From a virus: DNA of 64,000 bases. How positions within the stretch are numbered: position 1 is the stretch's first letter; the number at the start of each line of letters is the position of its first letter. The stretch spans positions 16,257 to 80,256 of the IMG/VR virus record IMGVR_UViG_3300046543_000082. The stretch is one strand, 5' to 3'. The notes under the pieces are model-generated. The model searched no databases, had not been told where the DNA came from, and was given only the letters and a program-made list of their open reading frames with translations. The position numbers and the translations under genes are program-made. Below, piece by piece: positions 1 through 9,490 of the stretch.

Positions 1-267
1 CTTGTCCGCGATACCGTTGAGGCCGCTGAACATGTTGAGCGCACCGGTATTGCCCGGGTTGTTGCGATACATGTCCTGCCACGCGCCTTGCGTGAAGTTT
101 CCGGTCGGGCTGAACAACGCACCGCCGGAGCCGTTATTGAACAGACCGCCGATCAGCGGGTCGTAGCCGGGGACGCCCGCGGCCGCGCCCAATGCTTGAA
201 GCGGATGCCCGGCGATTTCCCCCAGACTGTCTTTCGCGAAATCGAAGACGTTACCGAATAAGGACAT
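1..267 (-). CDS. Putative DNA ejection protein, 5' part (runs off window)
   Basis: ATG at 267, open to base 1 (MSLFGNVFDFAKDSLGEIAG..., Gly-rich); syntenic with phage B 39337-40431 (MGVFGNSL...). Confidence 0.6.
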   Translation of the reverse strand, partial: MSLFGNVFDFAKDSLGEIAGHPLQALGAAAGVPGYDPLIGGLFNNGSGGALFSPTGNFTQGAWQDMYRNNPGNTGALNMFSGLNGIADK

Positions 268-1417
268 GAGCGCCTCCGATCGCGTCGTAGTTCACCTTGT
301 CGAAGCCGGTCGAATCCCGCTCGACTGCATGCGGCGCCACGCGGCGCACTTCGTCGGCCATGACGCCAAAGCGGCGCGTTTCCGGCGCATCCCACAGGTA
401 GCGATAGCGATAGACCGGCAAACCGTTGTCGAGGCTTTCGTCGGTGAGTTCGATGTCCATCTTCAGGCGTCGATCGGAATAGGCACCCATGAGGCCACCG
501 AGGGCCGCGCCCGCGCCGCTTCCATAGTTGGAACCGTTGCTGATCATGCTGCCGAGCGCAGCACCGCCCATCGCCCCGCCCATCGCGCCCGCTGCCGGGT
601 TCGTGTAGTACGGCGTCGTGGTGCTCGTGTTGCCGCCGTACTGACCTTGGATCAGGTTCGAGAAGTTATTCAGCATCTGCCACGGCGCATTGATATACGA
701 CTGGTTCAGCGCCTGCTGATTGCCGCCCGTGTTGTAGAGGTTCGTCGCGGCCGAGTTGATCGAATTGACCACGTTCGGCGCGTTCGCCGAGCCAGCAAGC
801 TGCTGCTGAGACGCCGTGTTGTAGTTGTTCGAAAGCCCCTGCGCGCCTTGCAGCATGTTGCCCATGTTCGTCTGGTACATGCTGTTCGCGAGCGTCGCAT
901 CGGTGTTGCCGAGCTGCGTCGCGAGGTTCTGCTGGTTCTGGCTGACCGCGTTCTGATTGGCGCCCGAGCCGTACCGACCTGAAGCTTCCATTGCGCTCGT
1001 CGTCTGCGGTGCCGTCGCGGTCTGATAGGCGCGCGTGATCGAGTCGTTCGCGGCGTCCATCGCACCCGTCTGGTACGGGTTGTTCATCATCGAACCGTTG
1101 GCGAAATTCGAGAACGACGAATTGCCGGGGTTCGAGTTCAGGTAATTGCCGTTCAGCAGGTTCTGCGTATAGCTGCCGGCCGAATTGTTGACGTTCGGCG
1201 CGAATCCGAACTGTGTCCCGTTCGCGATGTTCTGCGTATCCTGCATCGACTGCTGCTGCATCGGCGTGAAGCCTGCAACGGAAGATGACGGGTTGCCTTG
1301 GAAGCCGGCGTACGTATTGTTCGCGTTGTTGAAAACGCTGCTCAGATACGACTGCTGCCCGGTCCAGGGAGTCGATACCGAATTGCTTGTGGTGCTGCCG
1401 CTGCCACCGGAACTCAT
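251..1417 (-). CDS. DNA ejection/pilot protein with C-terminal peptidase S74-like chaperone domain
   Basis: Gly/Ser N-terminus, Q/N-rich body, YSDRRLK...VYRYRY...GVMADEV...VNY motifs. Confidence 0.7.
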   Translation of the reverse strand: MSSGGSGSTTSNSVSTPWTGQQSYLSSVFNNANNTYAGFQGNPSSSVAGFTPMQQQSMQDTQNIANGTQFGFAPNVNNSAGSYTQNLLNGNYLNSNPGNSSFSNFANGSMMNNPYQTGAMDAANDSITRAYQTATAPQTTSAMEASGRYGSGANQNAVSQNQQNLATQLGNTDATLANSMYQTNMGNMLQGAQGLSNNYNTASQQQLAGSANAPNVVNSINSAATNLYNTGGNQQALNQSYINAPWQMLNNFSNLIQGQYGGNTSTTTPYYTNPAAGAMGGAMGGAALGSMISNGSNYGSGAGAALGGLMGAYSDRRLKMDIELTDESLDNGLPVYRYRYLWDAPETRRFGVMADEVRRVAPHAVERDSTGFDKVNYDAIGGAHVLIR

Positions 1418-1818
1418 AATGCTTTCTCCAGATAGAGATGTGTCGTTTCAAATCCCCGGCCGCGCATCCGGCGCGACCATCCGGGACGTGCACAAAGCTC
1501 CATCGCGTGACATCCGTTCGCCTTGGCCCAGCGCTCGATCGTTTCCATCGCCTGTTCCTGCCACTCGGCGGCATTCGTGCCGGTGACGATGCGGATCGTG
1601 CAGACGCGCTGCTTCGGGTAGTTCGCGAGACGGGTGATTCCGATAGCGAATGCCGTCGGCGTCTTCCAAATCCACAACTGGTCTTCACCCGTCAAAAGAC
1701 CAGCCTTGATATCGTTGGCGTCGTACTTGCCGCGATTTCTCTTGCACGCCGCTTCAATCCACGGGCGCACCTCTCCCCACACCGCTTCGATTTCGGCGGG
1801 TTGAATTCCAAAGAGCAT
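1414..1818 (-). CDS. GNAT-like virion assembly protein
   Basis: 134 aa, E.WAKANGC.AMEL.ARPGW.R motif; lies between tail hub and ejection genes. Confidence 0.55.
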   Translation of the reverse strand: MLFGIQPAEIEAVWGEVRPWIEAACKRNRGKYDANDIKAGLLTGEDQLWIWKTPTAFAIGITRLANYPKQRVCTIRIVTGTNAAEWQEQAMETIERWAKANGCHAMELCARPGWSRRMRGRGFETTHLYLEKAL

Positions 1819-1821
1819 TGG

Positions 1822-2148
1822 TTAGCCGATCAGGAGAACGTTGAAGGTGCGGTCGACGCTCGCAGTACTGGCGTGCGTAAGCGTCGCGTCGCCGTTGGCT
1901 TGCGAGGAGACGTAGAGGCTGCCGAGAGCCGCCGCCGCGTCTGCCGTCAGCGGCTGGAATCCGAAATACGTATTGGCGCCGATGCGCTTGTCGGTGACGG
2001 TCGTCGTGGTCGAGCTCGCCGTGAGCGTCATCTGAAGGACCGCGTTCAGCTTGCCGGTCAGTTGCTGGTTGACCGCCTGCGCGATCTGCCGGCGATGCTC
2101 TTTCTCATCGGGCATCATCACCGGCACGGCCGGATAACCCTTGTTCAT
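1822..2148 (-). CDS. Small virion/tail protein
   Basis: 108 aa, coupled within the tail operon. Confidence 0.5.
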   Translation of the reverse strand: MNKGYPAVPVMMPDEKEHRRQIAQAVNQQLTGKLNAVLQMTLTASSTTTTVTDKRIGANTYFGFQPLTADAAAALGSLYVSSQANGDATLTHASTASVDRTFNVLLIG

Positions 2149-3659
2149 CGCGACCCCGAGACATGAACCGCGTTGTCAGGGATCTCGACGCCCTGAAGGT
2201 GCGAGAAGTTGCCGCTCGTCTGGATGCGCGCGCGCAGGTAGCGCCCGTCAGCACGCACCGGACACTCGCCGTTGTCGTTCAGCGAACTCGCCGTGGTGAA
2301 TGCCGGCGCATCGACAAGCCGATTGCGCACGCCGATCTGCACCGAAGGCGCCGCGCCGTCGATCATCGGCCGCGTGGTGCTCAGAAACGCCCGTTTTCCC
2401 GTGCTGCCGAATGGCTCAATCTCCACCGTGTCCGCCGTGGCGGGCGCCGGCGAGCCGGTGAAATAGGCCAGTTTGTGATCTGGCGTGAACGCGCCCATCA
2501 GGACTTGGCCGCCCGTCCACACTCGCGAATCGAGCGAGAACGGCAGCGAATCGAGCGTGTAGCCGGTGCTGTCCAGCGAGTCGAGCGAGTAGCCTTGCGT
2601 GATCGCGCGGAAGATGTATTCGGCGTTGACATCGGCCGAACCCCACTTATTCAGCGCCCAGTTGTAGACGAGGATCGAATCGGGAATCCCGCCAGGCGCC
2701 GATGTCGACGGATACAGCCACATCACCAGTCGGTTGATCGGATCGACCGCACCAATCACGTTCTGCAGATAGGCCGTGTTCACCGTGTTCCAGAACGTCT
2801 TGTCGACGCGATCTACACCGATCGGCATCGAGGTCGAGCCATCGAACGCATAGAACCCGTCTTCACCGAGGTAATAGACCAGCGCGCCCAATTGCGTGAT
2901 GCTCTTGGGTGCGGGCGTGCCGCGCGCGCCTTCAGCCGGGTAGAAGCCGAAGATCGTCGGCGAACCCTGAAACACCACCCGGAAGATGCCGCGCTCGAAG
3001 AAGATCGCGCCGTCAGACGTGCCGAGGTTGCCGACGCCACCCATGATCCAGCCCTGATCGCCGGGGATGATCTGAGAACCCGCGAGCAGTTGCGCCTCGG
3101 TCGTGCTGCCGGCCGTCGGCCAATTGGTCGGATCGTCGAGAGCACACCACTGCACGCGCTGCGGCTGCTGTCCGTTCGTGCCATCGAACGTATTGCCGAC
3201 CATCACGAAATCCTTGATGGTCCAGATGTAGCGCGCCTGCGGTGCCGCCGCGGCGAGATCGGCAAACGCGGTGCTCGAATTGAGAACGAACGATTGCAGG
3301 TTCTGCCCCTGCGCGGCCGCGATGACGCGCTGCCCGTATTGCGTGAAGTTCCAGCGCTCGCCGGCCGGGACCGTGTAGCCGCCGCCCTTGCTGACGTTCG
3401 TGAAGGTCGTATTGCCCGGGATCAGTTCGTACAGCTTCGCCGCGTCACCCGCAAACGTGTAGTTGTCGCCGCCCGAGTCGATCGCAACCGTGGCGCCAAG
3501 GCACTGCGTGTCGAGTCCGTTGCCGCTGAACTTCGACAGCGTGCCGACCGGTCCCCACGATTCTTTCGTCTTCGGGAACAGGTTGACGAGGTTCGCGGAG
3601 GCGCCCTGCTGATTGTTGACCGGAAGGTCCGGCGCGAAATCGGCAATCGACAGGATCAT
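2145..3659 (-). CDS. Tail hub/nozzle (DNA stabilisation) protein
   Basis: 504 aa beta-rich protein directly after the adaptor; counterpart of 42580-44160. Confidence 0.6.
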   Translation of the reverse strand: MILSIADFAPDLPVNNQQGASANLVNLFPKTKESWGPVGTLSKFSGNGLDTQCLGATVAIDSGGDNYTFAGDAAKLYELIPGNTTFTNVSKGGGYTVPAGERWNFTQYGQRVIAAAQGQNLQSFVLNSSTAFADLAAAAPQARYIWTIKDFVMVGNTFDGTNGQQPQRVQWCALDDPTNWPTAGSTTEAQLLAGSQIIPGDQGWIMGGVGNLGTSDGAIFFERGIFRVVFQGSPTIFGFYPAEGARGTPAPKSITQLGALVYYLGEDGFYAFDGSTSMPIGVDRVDKTFWNTVNTAYLQNVIGAVDPINRLVMWLYPSTSAPGGIPDSILVYNWALNKWGSADVNAEYIFRAITQGYSLDSLDSTGYTLDSLPFSLDSRVWTGGQVLMGAFTPDHKLAYFTGSPAPATADTVEIEPFGSTGKRAFLSTTRPMIDGAAPSVQIGVRNRLVDAPAFTTASSLNDNGECPVRADGRYLRARIQTSGNFSHLQGVEIPDNAVHVSGSR

Positions 3660-4339
3660 GCCGCCACCATCGCCAGCGACGAGCCGGATAGTTCTTCGGC
3701 CTTGTCGCCAAGGATGAAGCTATTCAACTGCATCTGGTAGACGCCATCCCACATCGACAGCGATTCCTGGTCCTTGTTGAACCGGGATGCCGCGCGCGCA
3801 CACGCCGCGAGCAGGATGGTCGGGATGATATTGGTCATCCACGTGGTCGTGTTCGATGCCGTCAACTGGCTCGACTTCTGCCAGTACGTGCCCGAGAGCG
3901 AATAGTTCGCATCCGGGTACGGGCCGAACACGAACGTCTGCCCGAGGCGCGCGTAATACTGAGGCACGCCCGATGCGGTCTGATCGGGATACTGCGTGTA
4001 GATGAATTCTGGCGTGACGCGCTGCAATTCGAACGTTTGGCCATTCGACGAGATCAGCAGAATCTTGATGCCGAGGTAGCCAGTCGGCAGTGCCGCCGAC
4101 CCGCCGTTGATCGTCTCGCTGATCGCCGCTTCGAATGCTTGAACGCCCTTGCCCTGATTGTTCGTGAAGATGTCGCGATAGATGTCCGCTTCCGCGATCT
4201 GGATAAAATAGTCGATCCAGTTGCCGAGATCGGAGCGCGCGAACCAGTCTTGAATGGCCTGCTTCAGCGAGAAGTAGTCGTACACGCCCGCGACGCCGGC
4301 CGGGGTGCCCGAGCCTACCGGTTGGATGAAGATCGTCAT
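3656..4339 (-). CDS. Head-tail adaptor protein
   Basis: Start trimmed to MTIFIQP; Y..LKQAIQDWFAR.DL...FIQIAEA and G.PQYY...F.FGPYPD..Y motifs. Confidence 0.65.
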   Translation of the reverse strand: MTIFIQPVGSGTPAGVAGVYDYFSLKQAIQDWFARSDLGNWIDYFIQIAEADIYRDIFTNNQGKGVQAFEAAISETINGGSAALPTGYLGIKILLISSNGQTFELQRVTPEFIYTQYPDQTASGVPQYYARLGQTFVFGPYPDANYSLSGTYWQKSSQLTASNTTTWMTNIIPTILLAACARAASRFNKDQESLSMWDGVYQMQLNSFILGDKAEELSGSSLAMVAA

Positions 4340-4347
4340 GGATGCCC

Positions 4348-6105
4348 CTATCGGATGCGGCGCGCGCGGATGAAACCGTTGATGGTCTGTGTGCTGCCAC
4401 CGAAGCCCGAATTGGCGACGCAATAGACGTTGGAGGCTGTTGAGAGCAGCACGCGCGTGACTGGTGATGCGAGGGTTGGGCCGACACCTGCTGGCGTCGT
4501 CGGGTTGCTGATGACATACGCGCCCAATGCGCCCTGAGTCGCCGATGTCGTGCTGACGCCGAGCGCCGCGCTCGTAACGGTCGTGCCGCCAGCAGGGACG
4601 AATGAAGCGACACACCCCACATCCCAATCGCCCGCGCTTAACGACGTGATGCTCGTCGCGTTCATCGGCGTGGCGGTCGTCATGCTCGTGCCGCTCGTCG
4701 AGTTGGTGATGTACTCACCGACCGATCCCGCGTTCGCGTTGTTGTTGGTCGTGGTGCCAACGATGCCGTTAGTCTGAGACGGCGTGAGCGCACCCGTCAC
4801 CAGCAAGGCGCCGCCGATCGACGCGCTATTCGTGACGCCGAGGCCCGTACCGGCCGCCGTGATCGAAACCGGGACGGATGCCCCTATCCCGGTCGACTTG
4901 ACCGTAAAGGCAGTCGTGCTGTTCTGGACGAACTGCCATCCGTTCGTCGCGTTGTCAACGATCTCGTCGTTGCCGGGGTTCAGCGTGTTCGGGAACGTGC
5001 CGCTATTCGTGGCGTTGCCGTAGATGCCGACCCCCACCGGCAGAGCGATTCCGATGCCGCCGCCCGTCATGCCGCCAAGGTCAAGACCGATCGTCGCCGG
5101 ACCTTTTCCCGAGAAGAATGCGTCGACCTGCTTCGAGCCGAGCGATTGAACCCGCTGCCCGATCCACGTCTCACCGAGCGCGGCCGTGTTGACGGTGCGA
5201 TCGAGGTTATAGACGCCACCGATACAGGCCGAATCGAACCCGCCATCCACGCAGTCAAAGTCGCCGTTCGGCTCCATGAAGACGTGAGCCGCGCCGGCGG
5301 TGATCTGCCCGGAGATGATGTTCGCTGAGGGAGAAGCGAGGAAGTTGGTCGCGCCCGCCTGCGTCCCGCTCAGGAAGATGTTGCCGACCCATCCCGAAAA
5401 GTCACCTTGCCCCGCTTGCGTGCCGTAGAAGTAGTTCCCGCCCGCCATCGTGCGGCATTGCACGGAACCATTCAGTGAGCACTCGTAGCCGCTCGAATTG
5501 AACAGATACTCGGCCATGATCGCCGTTTCGGGGATCTCTGATTCACCGCTGACCGGTTGCCCGAGCGTCGTCGACCCGGTGATGTAGTGCGCCGCGGCGA
5601 ACGGCACATGCGACAGGTTGCCGTCGAATGCCGAGAGGATCGAATTCCAGTTCCCTTGCGTCGGCGTGCTCGAAACGACGTCGTGAATCGGCGCCGAGAG
5701 ATGGGCATCGGCCGACTTGACCTGGCCCGGGCCGCGCAGTGGCCCTGTGACGGCCGCGTTGGTCGCGAGCGTCGTCAGACAGGGATTGCCCGTGTACGGC
5801 AGGTAGCCCGGTCCGCCAAGCCCTTCGAGCGCCGTGATCGCGCTCGTGTCGTTCGTCGAGCCATTGCACGCCGCGCCCTGACTCTGCGGCGTTGGCTGGA
5901 ACGACTGCCACTTCGACAGGGAAATGGCTGTGGTGCCGCCGGTCGCCGTGACAGTGCCAGCGCCAAGACTCGCCGCGCCCGTGCCGCCGCTACCAGAAGG
6001 CAGCGGAGTATCGAGCGTGATCGCGTGGAATCGGGGCGACGGATAGGTTTGGGCGAGCGCCAGCAGCGGCACGAAGAGCGCCGCGATCAGGATTTTTTTT
6101 ATCAT
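4348..6105 (-). CDS. Tail spike/fibre-like protein with N-terminal signal-peptide-like segment
   Basis: MIKKILIAALFVPLLALA/QT N-terminus; GAACNGSTNDTSAI spike-type motif; C-terminal AGSVGEY...LSAGDWDV...ARRIR domain. Confidence 0.55.
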   Translation of the reverse strand: MIKKILIAALFVPLLALAQTYPSPRFHAITLDTPLPSGSGGTGAASLGAGTVTATGGTTAISLSKWQSFQPTPQSQGAACNGSTNDTSAITALEGLGGPGYLPYTGNPCLTTLATNAAVTGPLRGPGQVKSADAHLSAPIHDVVSSTPTQGNWNSILSAFDGNLSHVPFAAAHYITGSTTLGQPVSGESEIPETAIMAEYLFNSSGYECSLNGSVQCRTMAGGNYFYGTQAGQGDFSGWVGNIFLSGTQAGATNFLASPSANIISGQITAGAAHVFMEPNGDFDCVDGGFDSACIGGVYNLDRTVNTAALGETWIGQRVQSLGSKQVDAFFSGKGPATIGLDLGGMTGGGIGIALPVGVGIYGNATNSGTFPNTLNPGNDEIVDNATNGWQFVQNSTTAFTVKSTGIGASVPVSITAAGTGLGVTNSASIGGALLVTGALTPSQTNGIVGTTTNNNANAGSVGEYITNSTSGTSMTTATPMNATSITSLSAGDWDVGCVASFVPAGGTTVTSAALGVSTTSATQGALGAYVISNPTTPAGVGPTLASPVTRVLLSTASNVYCVANSGFGGSTQTINGFIRARRIR

Positions 6106-6107
6106 GG

Positions 6108-6446
6108 TCAGGTAATCGAGACGACGCCGCCGTTGTCCCAGATGACACCGGTCGACGCTGGCAAAGAAGTCGCAAGCGCCGTCAGGTCCGTCAACAGCAC
6201 GTCGTTTAGCGTGGTCGTCTGGATGTTCAAGCCCGAGATGACGAGCTGGTAGTGACCATTGGCCGCGTAGAAGGAGAACGCGCCATTGACGTCGGTCGTG
6301 ACCGGATTCGGCGCGGCAGTGATCCCGTTGTCGGAGAAGATCGACGCGGGCGTGCCGCCTGGGAAGTTGTTGACCTGCACCAGCGCGCCAAGCACCGGCA
6401 GCCCGTTTGACCCCGCGATCGCGTTGACGTAGCGCTGCATGATCAA
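6108..6446 (-). CDS. Small virion protein resembling a tail-spike attachment domain
   Basis: G.PV.GA.V.V...A.IFSDNG...NPVTTD.NGAFSFYAANGHY motif. Confidence 0.55.
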   Translation of the reverse strand: MIMQRYVNAIAGSNGLPVLGALVQVNNFPGGTPASIFSDNGITAAPNPVTTDVNGAFSFYAANGHYQLVISGLNIQTTTLNDVLLTDLTALATSLPASTGVIWDNGGVVSIT

Positions 6447-6748
6447 ATCTGCCCGTCGTAGGTGCGGAACGCGGCGTATTCCGGGCGCTTCAGGATCTCA
6501 AGGATTTGCTTCGCATCCTCGGGATTGAAGAAGTCGAGGCCGGTCTGCTGCCCGATCTGCATCAGGACGACCGTCGGGACGCGCATGACGTGGTGCATGT
6601 CGCCCTTGCGCGCGAGCCGCGACGACATGGCGCGCTGCTCGTGATTGACCTTCAGAACCGCCTCGATGTCCTGCTCATACGAGACGATCATCTTTCCTTC
6701 TTCTTCGTGATACGCCGTGCGCATCCCGTCGGGGCTGTTCGTGCTCAT
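6443..6748 (-). CDS. Hypothetical phage protein
   Basis: Start trimmed to MSTNSPDG; coupled to neighbours. Confidence 0.5.
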   Translation of the reverse strand: MSTNSPDGMRTAYHEEEGKMIVSYEQDIEAVLKVNHEQRAMSSRLARKGDMHHVMRVPTVVLMQIGQQTGLDFFNPEDAKQILEILKRPEYAAFRTYDGQI

Positions 6749-7050
6749 CAGTGCGTCATGGGAATGAGGTTGAGCGTGCCAGTCGACGACTGGTCCTGAA
6801 TCGCCGCGATCTTTTCGCCCGGCGAGATCCGAATCAGAAACGGTGGATCGCTCGCCTTCACGAGCATGTCTGTACCCACGGCAACCGGAGCGGTCCCTAC
6901 TGCGACATGGCAATTGCCGCCGATGGCAGACACGAGAACCGCCTGAACGGTCGAATCAAACGTCGTTGACGCGACCGACGCAGAGCCAATCGTGAGGTTC
7001 TGACCCGTGCCGGATACTGGCCGCCACGGTGAAATTGGTGCCCATGTCAT
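6748..7050 (-). CDS. Small beta-rich virion protein
   Basis: 100 aa, GAGG SD upstream, head-tail region. Confidence 0.5.
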   Translation of the reverse strand: MTWAPISPWRPVSGTGQNLTIGSASVASTTFDSTVQAVLVSAIGGNCHVAVGTAPVAVGTDMLVKASDPPFLIRISPGEKIAAIQDQSSTGTLNLIPMTH

Positions 7051-7061
7051 TTCGTGACCTC

Positions 7062-7090
7062 AAATAAAAAGGGCGCCCCGAAGGACGCCC
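7062..7090 (-). terminator. Intrinsic terminator
   Basis: GGGCGTCC-TTCG-GGGCGCCC followed by T-run on minus strand. Confidence 0.75.
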
Positions 7091-7111
7091 GAATCGCTGC
7101 TGGATGGTTGC

Positions 7112-9457
7112 TTAGCTGAACGTGCCGACGGCGACGTTCTGCAGGGTGATAGCCGACGCGCTGGTGACAGTCACTACGAACTCGCGCCATGTTGCCGTCG
7201 CGATAGTCATCGTGCCGGTGAGCGTCCAACCGGTCGCCGTCGTCACCGTGATCGTCTGCCCCGTGTTCGTGTTCGTGATGCGCAGACGATAGGTGGTGCC
7301 AACCGCAGGACCATAGAGCGACTGCAACAGATTGGCAGCCGTCGGCAGGTTTGCGGTGATCGCGCCACCCTGCGCGCCGGTGATCGCCAGATCAACCGAG
7401 GCTTCGCCGCCCGAAATCTGTGCGGCGTTGAGGTTTAGTGTCGCCGCGCTGGCAACGGTGTTGAACGCTGCGGTCTGCGGAGCATCCAGCAGACACGTCC
7501 ACGAACCCGGATTCGCCTCGATGAAGGTTGCCGACGAGTTCGGCGGCATGGCGACGCCCGTCGCGCCCGCAATGCCATTGATCGTGTCGGCCGTGCCGGA
7601 CGAAACGTTGTAGCTGTAGACCTGAACCGGATTGGCCGTGTTGTTGATCAGGAACACCTTGTCGGTGCCCGAGCCGATCTGCGGCAGTGCTACGCCGTCG
7701 CCGAAGTTGGTGCCCGCCGTAGCGGCCGTGGAAGTGTTGACGGTCGTTACGTCCGCCGTGATCTGCGTTGCACCCGCTTGCGTGCGCGTGGTGCCCGCCG
7801 TAATTACGCTGCCTGCCATGACTGCTCCTTTGAATGTGACGACGGGGAACCCCACCGCCAGGGTTGTTTTGCCCCAGGGGGCGTTCTGTTGGCCGATCTG
7901 GATGTTCAGTCCGAGAGCCGGGCCGCTGACATTCGCGCCGCTATGGAACAGACGCAGCGTTCCGTCACCTGCATCGACAATGAATGAATCGAAGTTCTGA
8001 GTGCTTTCCCACGAATACGCACCGGGCTGCCCAGCGCCAATTCGCCATGCCCATGTCACGCCGCCGTCGAGCGAAATGCCCTGCCCGATCCAGCGCGCAA
8101 CAGCCGGATTGCCGGATTGAGTCTGCGGCACATAATCGAACGAGATGAGGTACTGCTTGCCTTCCTGCCCAGGCGGGACATAGATAGAAGGCTCGCCAGC
8201 AGAGTCATTGCGGAACAGGCCCACGGGCGGAAGTGCAGCCGGAATGACCGCACTTTGATCGACCCACGTCACGCCAAGGTCGCTCGACGCGAGCAACCCG
8301 AAGCGTCTGATGGAGTCGAGGCCGACGCCGCAGCACCACATCTCAATGACGTTGCTGCCCTGCCGGACGCGCAACATCGGATCGAATACACCTTGCGCCC
8401 GCCATGCACTGTTCGCCGCCGGAACGGTATTGCTGCATATCAAGCCGACTCTAGTCCACGTATGCAAGTCGGGGCTTGTCGCCCACCGTATATCCGTGCC
8501 GTTATCAGACACGTAGGCTTGGTAATACGTGCTGCCGATCAGAATGGCGCCGCCGTTGAACGAATAGAAGCCATCCGTTCCATTCGCGAGCATCACCGGA
8601 TTCGAAACGTCTGCGGTCCACGGCCCATCGATGGTCGTCGATGTCCACAGCCCGAGGTTCAGAATGTTCGAATTGGCCGCGTTCCCGTTCGTCGAATGCG
8701 CGGCAGCGGTGTAACCCGACACAAGCATCGCCCAGCGAGAATTTAGGCTGTCGTAGAACGGTTCCGGATTGGCGATGTCCGTTGCGTCCCAAGTGCCCGC
8801 TGAACCCTTGGGAATAACCGGAGCGCCGCCATTCGCCGAGATCGGCGTAAAGGCCGGCCAGTTGTAATTCAGCCCGAGCAAGGTCTGGACTTCTATAGGC
8901 CCCCAAGTGGCGTTTCCGCCTGATGGCCCGTTGACGCCCATGTAGATTCCGCACTTGGTCGCCGTCTGATAGAGCGTGGACACAAGCGATGAAACCTGCA
9001 CACCGTTAACAAAGACTGTGATGTTCTGGCCCACGCAGTCGATGCGGACAGCGGTGACGGCGTTGTTAATCACCGTCGCATCGGCTATGTACATCTGATC
9101 GAACTGCGAGCCGCTCTGCTTGTTGTAGAGCGTGACGCGGTTATACCGAGGGTCTACCTGAATTCCCCAGTGATTGTTCGCGTCCACATAACGGAACAGA
9201 AGGACGGCGATAACGCACAGGTTGTTATCCGGCGAATACGACGACATGGCGCATGAGACGGTGAAGTCTGATACGCCAGCGTCGAAAGTATTGGCGTTCG
9301 CATTAACCTGAATCGCCGCCTGCGCCTTCCCACTACCATTCAGCGTGAAGGCGCCGGCCGCGTTCGTGCTCCATGCTTTGTTGCCGATATTCGTCGGGCG
9401 GGATTCAACGAACGTTCCACTGGTCCCAAAGAAGTCGTCTTCCGCAAAAACGGTCAT
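7112..9457 (-). CDS. Fusion: ConA/LamG-like sandwich + five-bladed beta-propeller glycosidase-like module + putative capsid decoration domains
   Basis: Immediately after MCP; PVIPKG..G.WD..DIANP, NPVM, WATSPDL.TW, GVFDP, GEPS motifs; internal AAAGGAG-N5-ATG at 7819 gives a 235-aa short form. Confidence 0.65.
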   Translation of the reverse strand: MTVFAEDDFFGTSGTFVESRPTNIGNKAWSTNAAGAFTLNGSGKAQAAIQVNANANTFDAGVSDFTVSCAMSSYSPDNNLCVIAVLLFRYVDANNHWGIQVDPRYNRVTLYNKQSGSQFDQMYIADATVINNAVTAVRIDCVGQNITVFVNGVQVSSLVSTLYQTATKCGIYMGVNGPSGGNATWGPIEVQTLLGLNYNWPAFTPISANGGAPVIPKGSAGTWDATDIANPEPFYDSLNSRWAMLVSGYTAAAHSTNGNAANSNILNLGLWTSTTIDGPWTADVSNPVMLANGTDGFYSFNGGAILIGSTYYQAYVSDNGTDIRWATSPDLHTWTRVGLICSNTVPAANSAWRAQGVFDPMLRVRQGSNVIEMWCCGVGLDSIRRFGLLASSDLGVTWVDQSAVIPAALPPVGLFRNDSAGEPSIYVPPGQEGKQYLISFDYVPQTQSGNPAVARWIGQGISLDGGVTWAWRIGAGQPGAYSWESTQNFDSFIVDAGDGTLRLFHSGANVSGPALGLNIQIGQQNAPWGKTTLAVGFPVVTFKGAVMAGSVITAGTTRTQAGATQITADVTTVNTSTAATAGTNFGDGVALPQIGSGTDKVFLINNTANPVQVYSYNVSSGTADTINGIAGATGVAMPPNSSATFIEANPGSWTCLLDAPQTAAFNTVASAATLNLNAAQISGGEASVDLAITGAQGGAITANLPTAANLLQSLYGPAVGTTYRLRITNTNTGQTITVTTATGWTLTGTMTIATATWREFVVTVTSASAITLQNVAVGTFS

Positions 9458-9490
9458 TACTGCCCCTTATGCGCTATCGCCAGACAGCGA

